From Octopus vulgaris (Eukaryota): 64,000 nucleotides of DNA. Position numbers and translations under genes: made by a program. Shown here one piece after another: positions 38,477 through 52,150 of this stretch (position 1 is the first letter of the stretch; each line of letters starts with the position of its first letter). The notes beneath the pieces were generated by a model. It saw only the letters and a list, made by a program, of their open reading frames with translations. It ran no database searches and was not told the DNA's origin. The stretch covers positions 54,374,001 through 54,438,000 of the forward strand of contig OX597823.1 in NCBI GenBank assembly GCA_951406725.2, given 5' to 3'.

Positions 38477-39814
38477 ACATGACTTTGTAAATGAACAATC
38501 TGGTGTGTTTATTTTAATGGCCTACCAATGTATAACAGTGAGTTTCTTTGTCCTAGGTGTCAGGAAGACACTTGGCAAGAAATGGGAACAAAATTGAAAG
38601 AAGAGGATAATAATAATAATAATAATAATGATAATATCAGAAACAGAATAAAGTGATGGAGATGATGAATAGATATTAATTATATATATTTTGCCTGTTT
38701 CTCAACAAATAATAAATATACTGCTTCAGCTTGAAACATTTTACTCATCCCTTTTTCTATCTTAAATGTTTGTCTGTTTTGTTTTTTTTTTGTTTTTTTT
38801 TTTATGCTTTTGATTGTATTATCTCAGCTCCAACTTTAACAATATTGTGTATTGTTGACAGCAATGATAACATCTGTAATGATTTTGTTATTCATAATGA
38901 TTCCTTTATGAATAGTTGCCTTTTACCTTTTACTTGATTCAGTCATTGGACTGCAGCCATGCTGGGACACAACTTTCAAGAGCCTAGTCAAACAAATTGA
39001 TCCCAGTACTTTTTTTTCTTTTTAATTCTGGTATTGCTCTCTTTTGTCAGAGCACTAAGTTATAGGGATGTAAACCAACCAACACCAGTGGTAGGAGACA
39101 AAGACAGACACACACACATACACACACATATCCGCATAATTTAATGTCCATTTTTCCATGATAGCATGGGTAGTACAGAATTTGTTGAGGCAAATCTTCT
39201 GTGGCTGGGTGCCTTTCCTGTCCCAAACACTCACCTGTTTCCAAGCTCGGTAATATTTCCCCTTGGCCAGACATGTCTCCCATGGAAGACTGGAAATGAC
39301 CGATATTGAACAACGGCGATGCTCATTTACAACCATCATGTGATGTCAAGACAAGAGTACACAAACATACATACATTTATACAATGGGCTTCTTCTAGCT
39401 TCCATCTGCCAAATTCACTCACATGGCAGCTTGGGGCTATAGTAGATGACACATGAGGTCCACAAGGGGTGGGAGTGGGGCTGAACTCATAACTATCATC
39501 ATCATCATCATCATCCTTTAACGTCTGTTGTCCATTCTGGTATGGGTTGGATGGTCTGACCAGAGCTAGTAAGCTGGAAGGCTGCACCAGACTCCAGTCT
39601 GATTTGGTACGGTTTTCTATGGTTGGATGTCCTTCCTAATGCCAACCACTCTGAGAGTGTAATGTGTGCTTTTACATGCCACCAGCATGGGCACCATTTG
39701 CATGACACCAGTATCTGTCACGACTATTTATATAGTTGCAAAATGGGCGTCTTAACTACACAGCCATACCTGTACCTGAGGAATTTTTTAAATGATAATG
39801 TTAATTATAATGAT

Positions 39815-40075
39815 GTGTGGAGGCACATGGCTTAGTGGTTAGGGTGTCAGCACCATTTTCGTAAGATTGTGGTTTTGATTCCTGGACCGGGTGACTCGTT
39901 GTGTTCTTGAGCAAAACACTTCATTTCACATTGCTCCAGTCCACTCAGCTGGCAAAAATGAGTAACGCTGCGATGGACTGGCGTCCCGTCCAGCTGGGGA
40001 ACACATACACCATAGAAGCCAGGAAACCAGGCCCATGAACCTGGCTAGGCTTTAAAAAGGGCGCATTTATTTATT
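39815..40075 (+). mobile_element. tRNA-derived CORE/V-like SINE family C; other copies ~6630-6860, 12270-12570, 15100-15280, 18240-18560, 21870-22170, 36635-36870, 41920-42250, 42925-43210, 43310-43910
   Basis: TGGCTTAGTGGTTAG A box, GGTTTTGATTCC B box, then GTGTTCTTGAGCAA.ACACTT.ATTTCAC.TTGCTCCAGTCCACTCAGCTG. Confidence 0.8.
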
Positions 40076-41378
40076 TCTTTAATTATAATGATACTGGTGC
40101 CATGTAAAAATCACTGGTGCAGCTACTACATAAAAAGCACCAGTGCTAGTACCACATAAAATGCACTGGGGCTAGTGCCATGTAAAAAGCACCCATTCCA
40201 CTCTGTAAAGTGGTTGGCATTAGGAAGGGCATCCAGCCATAGAAACCAAGCCAAAACAGCCTATGGAACCTGGCCTCACCAGCTCCTCTTAAACTATCCA
40301 ACCCATGCCAGCATGGAAAACAGATGCCAAAGGATGATGATGATGTTGTTGATGGTGATGAAATACTTACAAAGTCCATACACTACTCAATTTTAACCAT
40401 CTTATGGCAATGTCAGATTATTATATAATTGCTTAAATTCTTAAAAATACATTAACTTGCTTCATGGTTATAGGTGCAAGCATGGCTGTGTGGTAAGAAA
40501 CTTGCTTTCCAACCACATGGTTTTGGGTTCGGTTCTACTGTGTAGTACCTTGGGTAATTTTCTTCAACTATAGCCTTCTGATTTGATATGTTAGATAGAA
40601 ACTGAAAGAAGCCCATTGGGTGTATATATTTGTAGGTGTATGTGTGTGTGTGTCCTTGTGTTTGTGTTTGTACCCCACAAATGCTTGACAACTGTTGTTG
40701 GTTTGTTTATGTTCTTGTAACTTAGCAGATTGGTAAACGAGACCAATACAATAAATACCAGGTTTTAAAAAGAAGTACTGGAGTTGATCTGTTTGATTAA
40801 GACCATCAAAGCAGTGCCCAAGCATGGCTGCAGTCCAGTGACTGAAATAAGCAAAAATTAACAAAAGAAAAAAAAAAAACCCTCATATTTTGTCAATTGG
40901 TGAAAAAAAAGAATTTTTGTTTTTGTTTTATTTCCTTATTTTGAAATGGAAAATGATCTGAGATTTCCCCATAGCCAATTGATAGTTCATTCCATATCTC
41001 AAAGTTGTAATGCTCAGTGCATTGTAATTCCCTATAAATGCTGCTAGCTAGTATTGCATAAACTTTAAAGCAGTATTAATACACTCGTAGATCAAGGTCA
41101 GAATTCTTAAGTCAGTTATGTATTTCATTAAACGGAATGTATTTATATTTAAAACAGCTGAAATCATAATATCTAAAACATGTATAAAATAGAATTATCC
41201 ATAACTATTTATTTGAAATCCTTTTAGCAGTTAGATTATGAGTGATGTGACAACAGCTTGATGTTCTCTTAAATAAACAGCAAAATAATTAGGAATCTTC
41301 CAATTTTTCCAATAAGTTTTCTACTTATTCAAGGGGATGTATCATGCAATTTCAGTGATAAAAAGATTTATAATAATA

Positions 41379-41758
41379 CTAGCAGTACCATCCGGCATTG
41401 CTCAGGTTTCTTTCAACCCTTTAGAAATGGAATTTTTGAAAAGTAAAAATTTTGCATTATGTAGCTTGTTATTCTCTGTTATTATTCTGGTTGAAATACA
41501 CCAAAAAATGGCAACACAGCAGTAAAAAAATCCTAAAAAAATAGGGATTTTCATAGAAAAAAAGCATCTTTTTATGTAGATAATTTTTGGTCTTAACATG
41601 GTCCAATTTGAATTTTATCTTCTGTGGAATGAAGAGCAAGCCTTCCATCATACTCTCAAATTTGGTCAACTTGCGCCGCAGGGTCTCAGAGGAAATGGTG
41701 TTAGTTGAAGGCTACCAAACCTGCCACACACAGACAACTTCAGCTTTATATATATAGA
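41379..41758 (-). mobile_element. Non-autonomous Helitron
   Basis: Minus strand starts TC (TCTATATATATAAAG), ends CTAG with a subterminal GC-rich imperfect hairpin, inserted between A and T, no TSD. Confidence 0.75.
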
Positions 41759-44156
41759 TTTCTACATTATATGCTTTTCATAAACAGTATTTTCTCTCTC
41801 ATTTTTACCTTGTACCTTGACTTCACATCCCTCTCTTTCCAGATAGGTATGCCATGTATTCACCTCTTCTGCAAGACACCTGTTCCTGTCCTTCTATCAT
41901 ACTTTCATATCCCTCAATATGTGAAGGTCCATGACTTAGTGGCTAGAGTGTCAGGCTGACAATCACGTGGTAGTGAGTTCAATTCCTGGACCAGGCTGTG
42001 TGTTGTGTTCTTGAGCAAGACACTTTATTTCATGTTGCTCAAGTTCACTCAGCTGTAGAAATGAGTTGCGATGTCACTGGTGCCCAGCTGTATCAGCCTT
42101 TGCCTTTCCCTTGGATAACACTGGTGGCATGGAGAGGGGAGACTGGTATGCATGGGTGACTGTTGGTCTTCCATAAACAACCTTGCCCGGACTTGTGCCC
42201 TGGAGGAGAACTTTCTTGGTGCAATCCCATGGTCATTCATGACCAAAGCGAGTCCATTCATGTCTCAGTGCTATACTCAACTCAGTTGGAGGGTTTTGTT
42301 TTGTGAATACTTGGTGCCTTACCAGTGCTGGTATCATGAAAAAAAGAAAACGATCCAGTGCACTTCGTGAAGTGGTTGGCACTAAAAAGTGCATCCAACT
42401 GTAGAAACCAAGCCAAAGCAGACATTAGAGCTTGGCGCAGACCTCTGCATTATCAGACCCTTGCTTGCAGGGTATTGCATGTGCATGTGTGCATGTTTGT
42501 TTATTCCATTACAGTATAAAAAAATGAATGACGTGGGATTGCACCTAGAAAGTCCATCTCCTCCTCACCGTGGTGGGGACGCTGGCAACGGGTAGTGTCA
42601 GAGCTATGCTGTCGGAAACTTCGGTTCCTGGTAGGACCACCCAAGATGAACTGGTCTGACACCGAGTGGTATTAGGGCCACAACCCGGCAGACGGGGCTC
42701 TGGTGAAAATCCTCAGAGTGTCTGCTTTTGCAACTGGTGGATCCTCGGTCGTTCTGTTCCTGTGTCTGCAGACAATCTGTGGTAAACAGGATGTCTCCAC
42801 ATACGGGATTGTTGGGGGCCACTTGTGAAATCCACATATTCCCACGAAACTTCTTCCATGAGTAGAAGAAGCCGACTCAACCTGCCCAGGGTGAATGTCA
42901 CCACAAGTACAAATAAGTAAGTAGAAAGTTACCCTCTGAAGCATAAGTCTGGGTAAGGTTGTTTATGGAAGACCAGCAGTCACTCATGTATATCAGCCTC
43001 ACCTCTCCACACTGCCAATGTTGTCTAAAAGAAAGGCAAAGGCTGATATAGCTTGGCACCAGTGACACCACAACTCATTTCAGCGGCTGAGTGAACTGAA
43101 GCAACATGAAATAAAGTGTCTTGCTCCAGAACACGACACACAGGCTGGTCCAGGAATCAAACTTATTACCTCACGATTGTGAGCTCAAACCACTGAACCA
43201 TGTGCTTTCACACATGTGTTAATAGATACAAAATATACACTTTGACATATATTCTAGATACATGTTTATGTGATTACATGTAAGCATCCTTTTATGTATG
43301 AAAGCATGTGTGGCTATTTAGTGGTTAGGCTCACGATTATGGGTTTGATACCTGGTGGCATGTGGTATCCTCAAGCAAGAAACTTTATTTCACATTGCTT
43401 GGCTCCACTCAGCTGGCAAAAATGAGTTGTACCTATAATTTCAAAAGACCAGCCTCATCACATTCTGTGTCATGCTGAACCTTCCTGAGAACTATGTTAA
43501 GAGTATGTGCTCAATCTTATTCTTTTCAAGCCTAACCAGGCTCATGGGCCCAGTTTCCTGGTTTCTGTGGTGTATGTGTTCCTTCCAGCTGGACGGGCCG
43601 CCAGTCCATCACAGTGTTCCTCAAGAAGCAGGAAGAGAGAGTGAGAGAAAGTTGTGGTGAAAGAATACAACAGGGGTCGCCACCACCCCCTGCCAGAGCC
43701 TCGTGGAGCTTTTAGGTATTTTCGCTCAATAAATACACACAACGCTCAGTCTGGGAATTGAAACCGCGATCCTCCATCCGCAAGTCCGCTGCCCTAACTA
43801 ATAGGGCCATTGTGCCTCCTCATGTGTTCAATCACTTGCATGTTAATTTCACGAGTAGACACTTCTGTTGATTGGATCAACTGGAACCCTCATCATCAAA
43901 ACAGACAGAGTCCCTGTTTTCTTTTTGTTTTGCTTTTTTACATGCAACTGTTTTTTACATGGAACTGTTTCAGTCCCATATAATACTTCATTTATATATT
44001 ACAACACATTCACTTACACATTAAGAACTTTTGCATCCTGACACAACCCTTGAATCTATGAGGCAAACTTCCTTAAAGTAATCCAGATTTAAACTTTTCA
44101 TCAAAATATCATGTTAGTTTATGTTCTAAACATCAGTGCCAAAGCTTGAAATCATT

Positions 44157-44189
<33 letters not shown>

Positions 44190-44818
44190 CATAGAGTGAC
44201 AAGCTGGCTGAGTCACTATCATGCTAGGCAAAATGCTTAGCAGCATTTCAACTGTCTTAACATTCTGAGATCAAATTCTGCTGAAGTCAGTTTTGCCTTT
44301 CCTCCTTTTGGGATCAATAAATTAAGTACCAGGGAAACACTGGGGCTGATGTAATTGATTAGTCTCCTCTCCACCAAATTTCAGGCCTTGTGCCTATTGT
44401 AGAAAGGATTATTATTAAGGTGCAAGCTGGCAGAATAATTGGTAATTGGACAAAATGTTTGGTGGCATTCCGGTTTTATGAGTTCAAATTCCACCACTGA
44501 GGTTGAAAGTTACCTGTCTTCGTTTCAGGGCCAATAATATAAAGTTCCAGTTGTGGACTGGGGTCAATGTAATCGACTTTCCCCTTCTGTGAAAATTGTT
44601 GACCTTGTGCGAAAATTAGAAAGAATTTATTAAGGCAGGAGCTGGCAGAATCATTAGCACACTGGACAAAATGCCTAGCAGAATTTTTTCCATCTTTATG
44701 ATCTGAGTTCAAATTCTTCTGAGGCATCAATAAAATAAGCGTCAGTTGAGCACTGGGTCAATGTGGTTGATTAGCCTCTACCCCAAATTTCAGGCCTTGA
44801 GCCTATGGAAGAAAGTAT

Positions 44819-46078
44819 TATTACCGGATGTGGAGGTATTGTTTTCAGTCATGGACAAGATATCTCAAGAACCACTGGATGGATTTGAATGAAACTTTTA
44901 AGGATATTTGGCTTCGTGACTGGCATGGACTGATTAGGTTTTGGGATTGATCTCATAGCAAACAAGGATTCTGGATTATTTGTTATGTTTAGTTTACATG
45001 AAATATTACAATCTTACATTGACTTTCGAGTCTTTCTCTGATTATCTCCCTTGAAAGTACACTTATGGTTTCCATGTAAGTTATGGTGGAGTTGCTGTTT
45101 CCAAAATTTTATTTTCATTTCTCTATTATTAATTTTACTTGCATCTCTACCTTAGTAGAAAATGATGGATAAAGAAATCAAACTACATAAACAGACGGTA
45201 GCAAAACAGTTCAGAAATCAAATAACACTAACATATTCAGTAACGATAATAAATTTAATTTATCCTCAACAATTTTTAGTCTTACCAATTTTGAATATAT
45301 CGCTCCTGTTTAAAACCTTTTACCTACTTGATAATCACATTTCTAGTTCTACCTTACAGGAAGCTTTACCTCTTGGACTCACATTTTTGTGCGCAACGAT
45401 GTTGTTAAACCACTGTTAATACCACTGTATGCAGGTCCTTTCCATTTTCTTTCACGCACCGATAAATTTTTCACTATAGACTTTAATGGTCATAAAGACA
45501 CTATATCAATGGATAGACTAAAAAAGGCCTTCATAGAGAAAACTGTCCCTGCTCCCACTGCAGATGACACACACACAGCATTACAAACATGGCCTGCACA
45601 CCCACCTTCACATTCCATGTTTACCATTGGGATCGATCAGGTACTAGACAAGGACTCTGGATTATTTTTCCATTTTTTTAAATTAATTTTTTGAGAGCAG
45701 TTGGTTTCATTTTTAGTATTTTCGTTTGTAAGGGCAGTCGAGTTTATTTCAGAAATTTTCATTTTAAAAATCATCTCTGACTAATCATTGAGAGGACATT
45801 TTTTTCCTACTCTAGGCACAAGACCTGAAATTTTGGGGGAGGGGTCCAGTCAATTAGATCGACCCCAGGATGCAACTGGTTCTTAATTTATAGACCCCAA
45901 AAGGATGAAAGGCAAAGTTGACCTCAGCAGAATTTGAACTCAGAATGTAAAGACAGACAAAATACCACTAAGCATTTTGCCCGGCATGCTAATGTTTCTG
46001 CCAGCTCACGACCTTAAATAATTGAGAGGGCATTGGTGTTGCGTTGGTGGAGGTTTGTACTCTCTGAGTGGTCATGTT
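44819..46078 (-). mobile_element. Inverted copy of the HINE-like element, interrupted by two insertions
   Basis: Segments ~44819-44981, ~45627-45800 and ~46021-46078 match the reverse complement of 11359-11730. Confidence 0.6.
45371..45545 (+). mobile_element. Gypsy/Ty3 integrase C-terminal (GPY/F) fragment
   Basis: VRNDVVKPLLIPLYAGPFHFLSRTDKFFTIDFNGHKDTISMDRLKKA. Confidence 0.75.
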
Positions 46079-46512
46079 ATTACTATTATTATCATTATTA
46101 ATGTGGTAAAGGCAGCGAGCTAGTAGAATCATTAGCATGCTGGGCAAAGTGCTTAGCAGCATTTTGTCTGTCTTTACGTTCTGAGTTCAAATTCTGCCAA
46201 GGTCGATTTTACCTTTCATCCTTTCTGGGTATTAAATTAAGTACCAGTTACATACTGGGGTCGATCAAATCGACTAACCACCCCCTCTCCCCAAAATTTC
46301 AGGCCTTGTGCCTATAGTAGAAAAGATTATTATTAACATGGTAGCATGTGGACAAAACACTTAGTGGCATTTTGTCTATTTTCATGTTCTGAGTTTAAAT
46401 TCTGCCGAAATCGAATTTGCCTTTCATCCTTTCATGGTGTCAGTGCAATTGTTCCCTCCCTCAAAATTTCAGACCTTGTGCCTATAGTGGGAAGGATTAT
46501 TATTATCATTAT

Positions 46513-47070
46513 TGAGTGAGCGAGCAGAGCATGCCATCAAAGTGACACTGGGGTAAAATATACGAAGCCCAATATACCCATCATGACTACCCGTCTGATA
46601 AAGGTACACCAGGCACATGCATCACAACCATATGTGCGCGACATGGTGATCTCATATCAAGATAAACAGCACATGACCTTGCAGGTGGGGCCCAGTTAGA
46701 ATTTTCTTCAGGTTGAGTAGCCCATCCCGCTCAAAAGGTCCCTGAATAAAGATTGTTTAAGGATGTTGAAAGAACCACCCATGTTTCCAGAGGTGAATTA
46801 TTCAAACCCCAAAGAATCCCTCTCAACACATGGCTATGATGCTCCCCCATTACTTCTGCTCGTGATCAGAGATGCACATATCATCAGCCACTAAGGGACA
46901 TGCTCAACTGGTTAAGGTCAAACAACTGACAAGCAAATCTGTGGTATTGAGCAGAATATTTGCTGTAGCCCATCTTTTATACCAAGACAAAACAATGTAC
47001 ATGATAACACTTCCAATCAGTTAAGATCAGAAGCCATGAGAGCCACTGCCTGGTACTGCATCAGGGCATT
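46513..47070. mobile_element. Unclassified ~560 bp insertion in a (TTA)n tract
   Basis: Higher-GC complex sequence bounded by (TTA)n on both sides; no ORF; single copy in this window. Confidence 0.4.
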
Positions 47071-48346
47071 TATTATTATTATTATTATCATTATTATTAT
47101 TAGCATGGCCGCGGCCTTCGGGCTAAAACATTTTTAAGGATTTAAGGATTATTATTATTATTGGTTGATAAGGGCAAATGGTGTTGCCTCAGAGGTAATG
47201 GCAGAGTAGTTGAAAAAATTCCATATTTGTTCTGAGTTCAAATCTTGCAAAAATTAATATTGATTTTTCTCCTTCCATGGTCCCTATTCATCTGCTTATT
47301 GATGTGATTGATGATGTGCATGGTCAGGAATGATTCAAATATTAGGGTTGATATGACACATTGTACCTTTCCCATTAAATCTGGAGTATTCTGCCTATGT
47401 TAGAAATCATTGTCTTTCTAAGTTTAAATCATCACTTTTACCACTTGTTTACAAAATATTTTAGCAAAAACTCTCAGTAAGAGCTTAAGAATTTGTTTAC
47501 TTACCAAATGATAATAATTATTAGTTTGCAGGAAGAAAGAATTAAAAAAGCAAAAATAATGCGGGTAAGAAAAGGGAGATAGAAAGCAGAAATATAACGC
47601 TCCACAACAGAAAGAGAAGGATTTGTAGATGTGGTAAAATAACAGAGAGAGAGAGAGGGAAAGAGAATGACAAAGATAGAAAGAGAGAAACTGAAGTGAA
47701 GTGTGGGCTGTTGGAAAATGAAGAGGAGTTAGAAACGTGTTGATTGAGAGAAAAAGAGGGAAATGCAAGATATATAGAGACACAGAGAAGAAATAAGAAA
47801 AAGGAAAGATGATAAATGGAGGTAAAAAATAATAACTGAAAGAAGACCAAATGAAACACAAGAAGAAAATGGAGTAAGGCTTGAAGCAGAAGCATTAAGA
47901 GTTGCTGAAAGATGTTCGAAATAAAACTTATTATTTTTCATGGATTCTATGCTAGTTATTGAAGAAGAAAGAAGAAGACATGTTTCTAATGTAATTGCTT
48001 AGGAGAAGTTTTTCTAATAGAATGACTTGGTAAAGTTCTCAGGGATGTCTGTTGTATGAAAGCTTAATAGTAAAGCAGATCTTATACTTGATGTAGTAAG
48101 CAAAAAAAATTCAATTAATTAGGATTAATTATCTAAATGACTAGTTCTGATTAAAAAGGCAGAAAAAAAAACCTCTAAAATATTGTTTGGCTTACAACAT
48201 CAAGTATGCAAGCCTCCATTTTGCCATTAATTTTCCATGCAACATACATTTCTGGTCAGCCTTTTAAGTTATTACACCATTTAATATTCATTCACAGAAA
48301 CCTATATCTTTCTTGTCATAAGATCTTTCAGTAACAGTTACACTGT

Positions 48347-48385
48347 TTTGCTGATGAGGTCCAATAATACTGAAATGTGTCCAAA
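48347..48385 (+). ncRNA. Minimal type-I hammerhead motif (Penelope type)
   Basis: tttg-CTGATGA-GGT(CCAATAAT)ACT-GAAA-TGTG-TC-caaa; TGTG is the CpG-decayed form of the palindromic CGCG loop typical of these motifs. Confidence 0.72.
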
Positions 48386-49059
48386 GCTGTCATTGTACTG
48401 CTAAAGATCAAGCTCACAACCCACTGTATTCTATATTAATTTAAATTTTAAATTATTTGATCTACTACATCAAGCATGCTATGTTTAAAACCATCTTAAT
48501 TCTATTAGATAAGGCAATTTGTTTGTCCTCTTTTTGTTTACTTTTCACAGACCCATCTTTGGGAGGGGTTGCTCCCCTCATCAATGAGAAACACTTCATT
48601 ATCACCCTGTAAACTTTCATCTTTGCACCCACTCAACCATTGTTTCTTCCAAACATGAAGCATTCTACAAATTGCAGTACAAAACATACATATTAACCAT
48701 TCAAAAACACAGAAAGGTTGTTAAATTTACTTGAACGATTATCATTTGTTATTTGGTGTCAAGATGTTCATTGCACAAACTGTGAGCTGGTCAACCTTGA
48801 GATGCAGTGTTATCTTGTCAGTGACCAGGTCGTTGTGCAACAAAAAAATTTGTCACCAAATAATAAATGTTTAAGTAAAGATAACAGTGCAGGAGTGGCT
48901 GTGTAGTAATTAGCTTGCTTACCAACCACATGGTTCTGGGTTCATTCCCACTGCATTGAATTTTATGACTTCGTGATGATATTAGTTGCAATAGCTTGAT
49001 CTTTTGAAAGAAATTTACCTTTACAAAATAAAAAGAAATTTGTTGAAATTATAAACATT

Positions 49060-49740
49060 CATTGCCATGTTTTAGAGCACATTTGCCACACAGAGGTTTT
49101 TAAGTCATCATTCATTTCTGTGGTTCTGTTTCGACATTTTGTTTTCACACGTTTTTACACATTCCTAGAGGTAGATGTTTCCGCAACAGGGTGTTTGATA
49201 GTACATGAACGACCATGAGGTGAATTACCACAAAGCTCTTCAGCAACTTTTTGAATATATTCCCGTTGTCTAACGACTTGCAAACACTTGTGTATATTAC
49301 CCAGCTGTTTATAAGAGCACCATCCAAAATATAAAAAATGTGCTTGACTGAATAAAGCCTTGCCATTTGGTCAAGCACGTCTAAGCCTACCTTATTTTTG
49401 TTATAAAAAAGTATAGTGTCAGGCTTCTTCCTGTGGTTATTTTCAAAAGGAATTTTTACATGATGTATGGTACTCAAGACAACAGGCTTTGATTTTTTTT
49501 TTCACTAGTACAATGTGTAACAGTAGGCTTCTCTGTGCATTTCAAAACCAGTTTCATGGACAGGTTTCGCCCATTTTACTGCAACTGGTTATTCTCTTCT
49601 GTTCTCATGAATTGCTCAGGTTAAACTGCAGTTTTGTTTTGCTAGCTGTAAAGGCTATGCAATTACTGAATATCTAAAATGTTGTCACAAGTATTTCTAA
49701 ACAAAAGCTGGTGCATCAACTGATGTGTGTGGTCCTTATA
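49060..49740 (-). mobile_element. piggyBac transposase remnant
   Basis: LSTIH..KKPDTILFYNKNKVGLDVLDQMARLYSVK..FYILD.ALINSWVIY; frameshifts and deletions. Confidence 0.85.
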
Positions 49741-49783
49741 GGTAGTATGTGGTTTATTTTTTTTTAACAGTGGGTGCAAACAA

Positions 49784-49831
<48 letters not shown>

Positions 49832-50879
49832 TAAACAATGAAAAGTCAAGCACCACAATGTCAAAATCTACAATAGTTTTTAATTGTGTGCAATTAAGAT
49901 TTCAAACCACATCAGTTCTTCTAGTTTTAATTTACTGCTTTGTCCAAAACAGTATTTTTGTGTTGGTCTTTCAGCTTCGTCAGTATTTTTGCTTATTTTG
50001 GACTATAATGGACAATGTGTCAGATATTCCACCCACCCTGGAATATGTTTATTTTCTCTATGAGACAAATGGATTGTTTTACTTTTGTGAATGTATGAGT
50101 GAAAATATTATACAACGGGATTGTCAGATATGTCCAATTTTGGACACAGTTTCTAATGCTGTACATCCGATTAAAATTTAAATCCATAATTAAACCTGAT
50201 TTGTCCGAATTAACTATCTCCTTGTAAATTTAGATTGGTATTTCCAAATTGTTTTGTTATTAATTTTCATTTTAGAGCAAAAGGATAGAAATGTCGATCT
50301 ATTCGAATCGCAATATGAACCATGAACGCATTGTAGAATTTTCTTAGAAGGTGCTTTCATCTACCGAAGTCAACTTTATCTTTCATCCTTTTGAAGTTGA
50401 TAAAATAAAGTACCAGTCAAGTACTGGAGTCTGCGTAATCAACTATCTCCCTAATAGCTGGCCATGTGTCAAAATTTGAAACAAAACAAAAAAATTTTTT
50501 AAATCGCAAAATAAATAAAATGAAATAATTTCTGCATTTAATTTTCATTTTAGTTGTTCAATTTCAATAATATATATATATCATTTATTTGTTAGAAAAA
50601 TAAAAACAAAGATTTTGATTATTACTGGATGCATGCTTATTGAAACAACACCATCTTGTTAATAGTTTACAGTCACTCCTTGGATTTACATCATGAACTA
50701 CTAATTACTCTAACTAGACAAAATGTTATTTTACTATATTTAAGTATAGGATTCATTGAACACCAACAGGTAGGTCTGTAAAGATAACTTATATTCTGAA
50801 AGTATTGTTCAAGTCTTTCTTCTTTTAGAATTAAGAAAAGTATGTAAAAATATCTTCTGCACACACACACACACACACA

Positions 50880-51090
50880 TAGTGTGCATTGATGACAAAG
50901 TAAAAATGCGTTGTGAGAAAAACGTCATGACAAATAAAATTTAGTGTGTTTGAGAGGACTGCACTGGTTTGGCCTTGTATTGCATATGGATGAGGACAGG
51001 TGTATAAGCGGGTGCTGGCTGCTTACAGCAGATGGAATTCCATAAAAGAGGGAAACCCAGGAAGACATATCAAGAGGTAGTGAAGGCTGT
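50880..51090 (+). mobile_element. Degenerate RTE LINE C-terminal fragment
   Basis: Translates ..LHWFGLVLHMDEDR..KRGKPRKTY, homologous to the 23870-24645 copy. Confidence 0.6.
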
Positions 51091-51534
51091 TTTTGTTTTT
51101 TTGTTTCTCTCAGTGGTTTCCATGTTCTACTTAAGCTATTGAATTAAAAGTTTATTTTTTTTCTACTCTAGGCACAAGGCTCAAAATTTTTAGGGAGGGG
51201 GCCAGTCAATTAGATCATTCCTAGTATGCAACTAGTACATAATTTATCGACCCTGAAAGGATGAAAGGCAAGAATCAACCTTGGTGGAATTTGAACTCAG
51301 AACGTAAAGACAGATGAAATACTGCTAAGCATTTCAGCTGGCATGCTAAAATTTTTGCTAGCCAGCCATCTTAAAAGTTTATTCACAATATAAACCATGT
51401 TGTCAAACAAAGAAGCATCATTTTGTTAACTAGAATAGGACTTAGCCTGTCTTTATACCGCCACTTCTTCATTGTTAGAAATAGCTGCTAAATTTATCTC
51501 AAATGATACTCCTTAAGACACACACACACATATG

Positions 51535-51578
<44 letters not shown>

Positions 51579-51944
51579 TACACGGTGCTGGTGGTACCAC
51601 ATAAAATGTGGATGTACCAGTGTTATGTAAAAACACCTAGTACACTCTGTAAAGTGGTTGGCATTAGGAAGGGCATCCAGCTGCAGGTACAATGCCACAA
51701 CAGACATGGAACCTGAACAGCCCTTCAGCTGCTCAGCTTCCGTCAAACTAGCCAACCCATGCCAGCATAGAAAACAGACTTTAAATGATGACGATACAAA
51801 AGAGTGTGTGAAGACGTCTGTTGAAAACATGACTGGCCTTGGGAAATATTACCAGCCATAGAAAATACACCACAACAAATTCTGTTTGACCTATACAAGC
51901 ATGGAAAAAAAGAGATGTTAAATGATATATATGTACACATATAT

Positions 51945-52150
51945 ATTTGTTTTGCAAGATTCTTGATGTGAAATCGTGTGTTGAAACAAATATTGATATA
52001 CTTTATCACATTATATAATATTTTGCCAATTAAACACATGCCCAATTTAATTTTCACTTCAGCTCTACTATCATTACTATTATTTTAGTTTCCTTATCAA
52101 AGCTCTTTCATCATACATCCTGTGACCTCTTCAGGAACTCTTTAACCCCA
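51945..52150 (-). mobile_element. Single arm of the hammerhead-bearing non-autonomous repeat
   Basis: Same ATTTGTTTTGCAAGATT..GATGTGAAATCGTGTGTTGAAACA end; minus strand CTGAAGA-GGTCACA..GAT-GAAA at ~52097-52140. Confidence 0.6.

Noticed and set aside
48740-48845. Possible Helitron/Pif1 helicase motif remnant on the minus strand (GH*Q..TA.SR)
   Set aside because: Needs a stop and a frameshift over a very short match; too weak to call.
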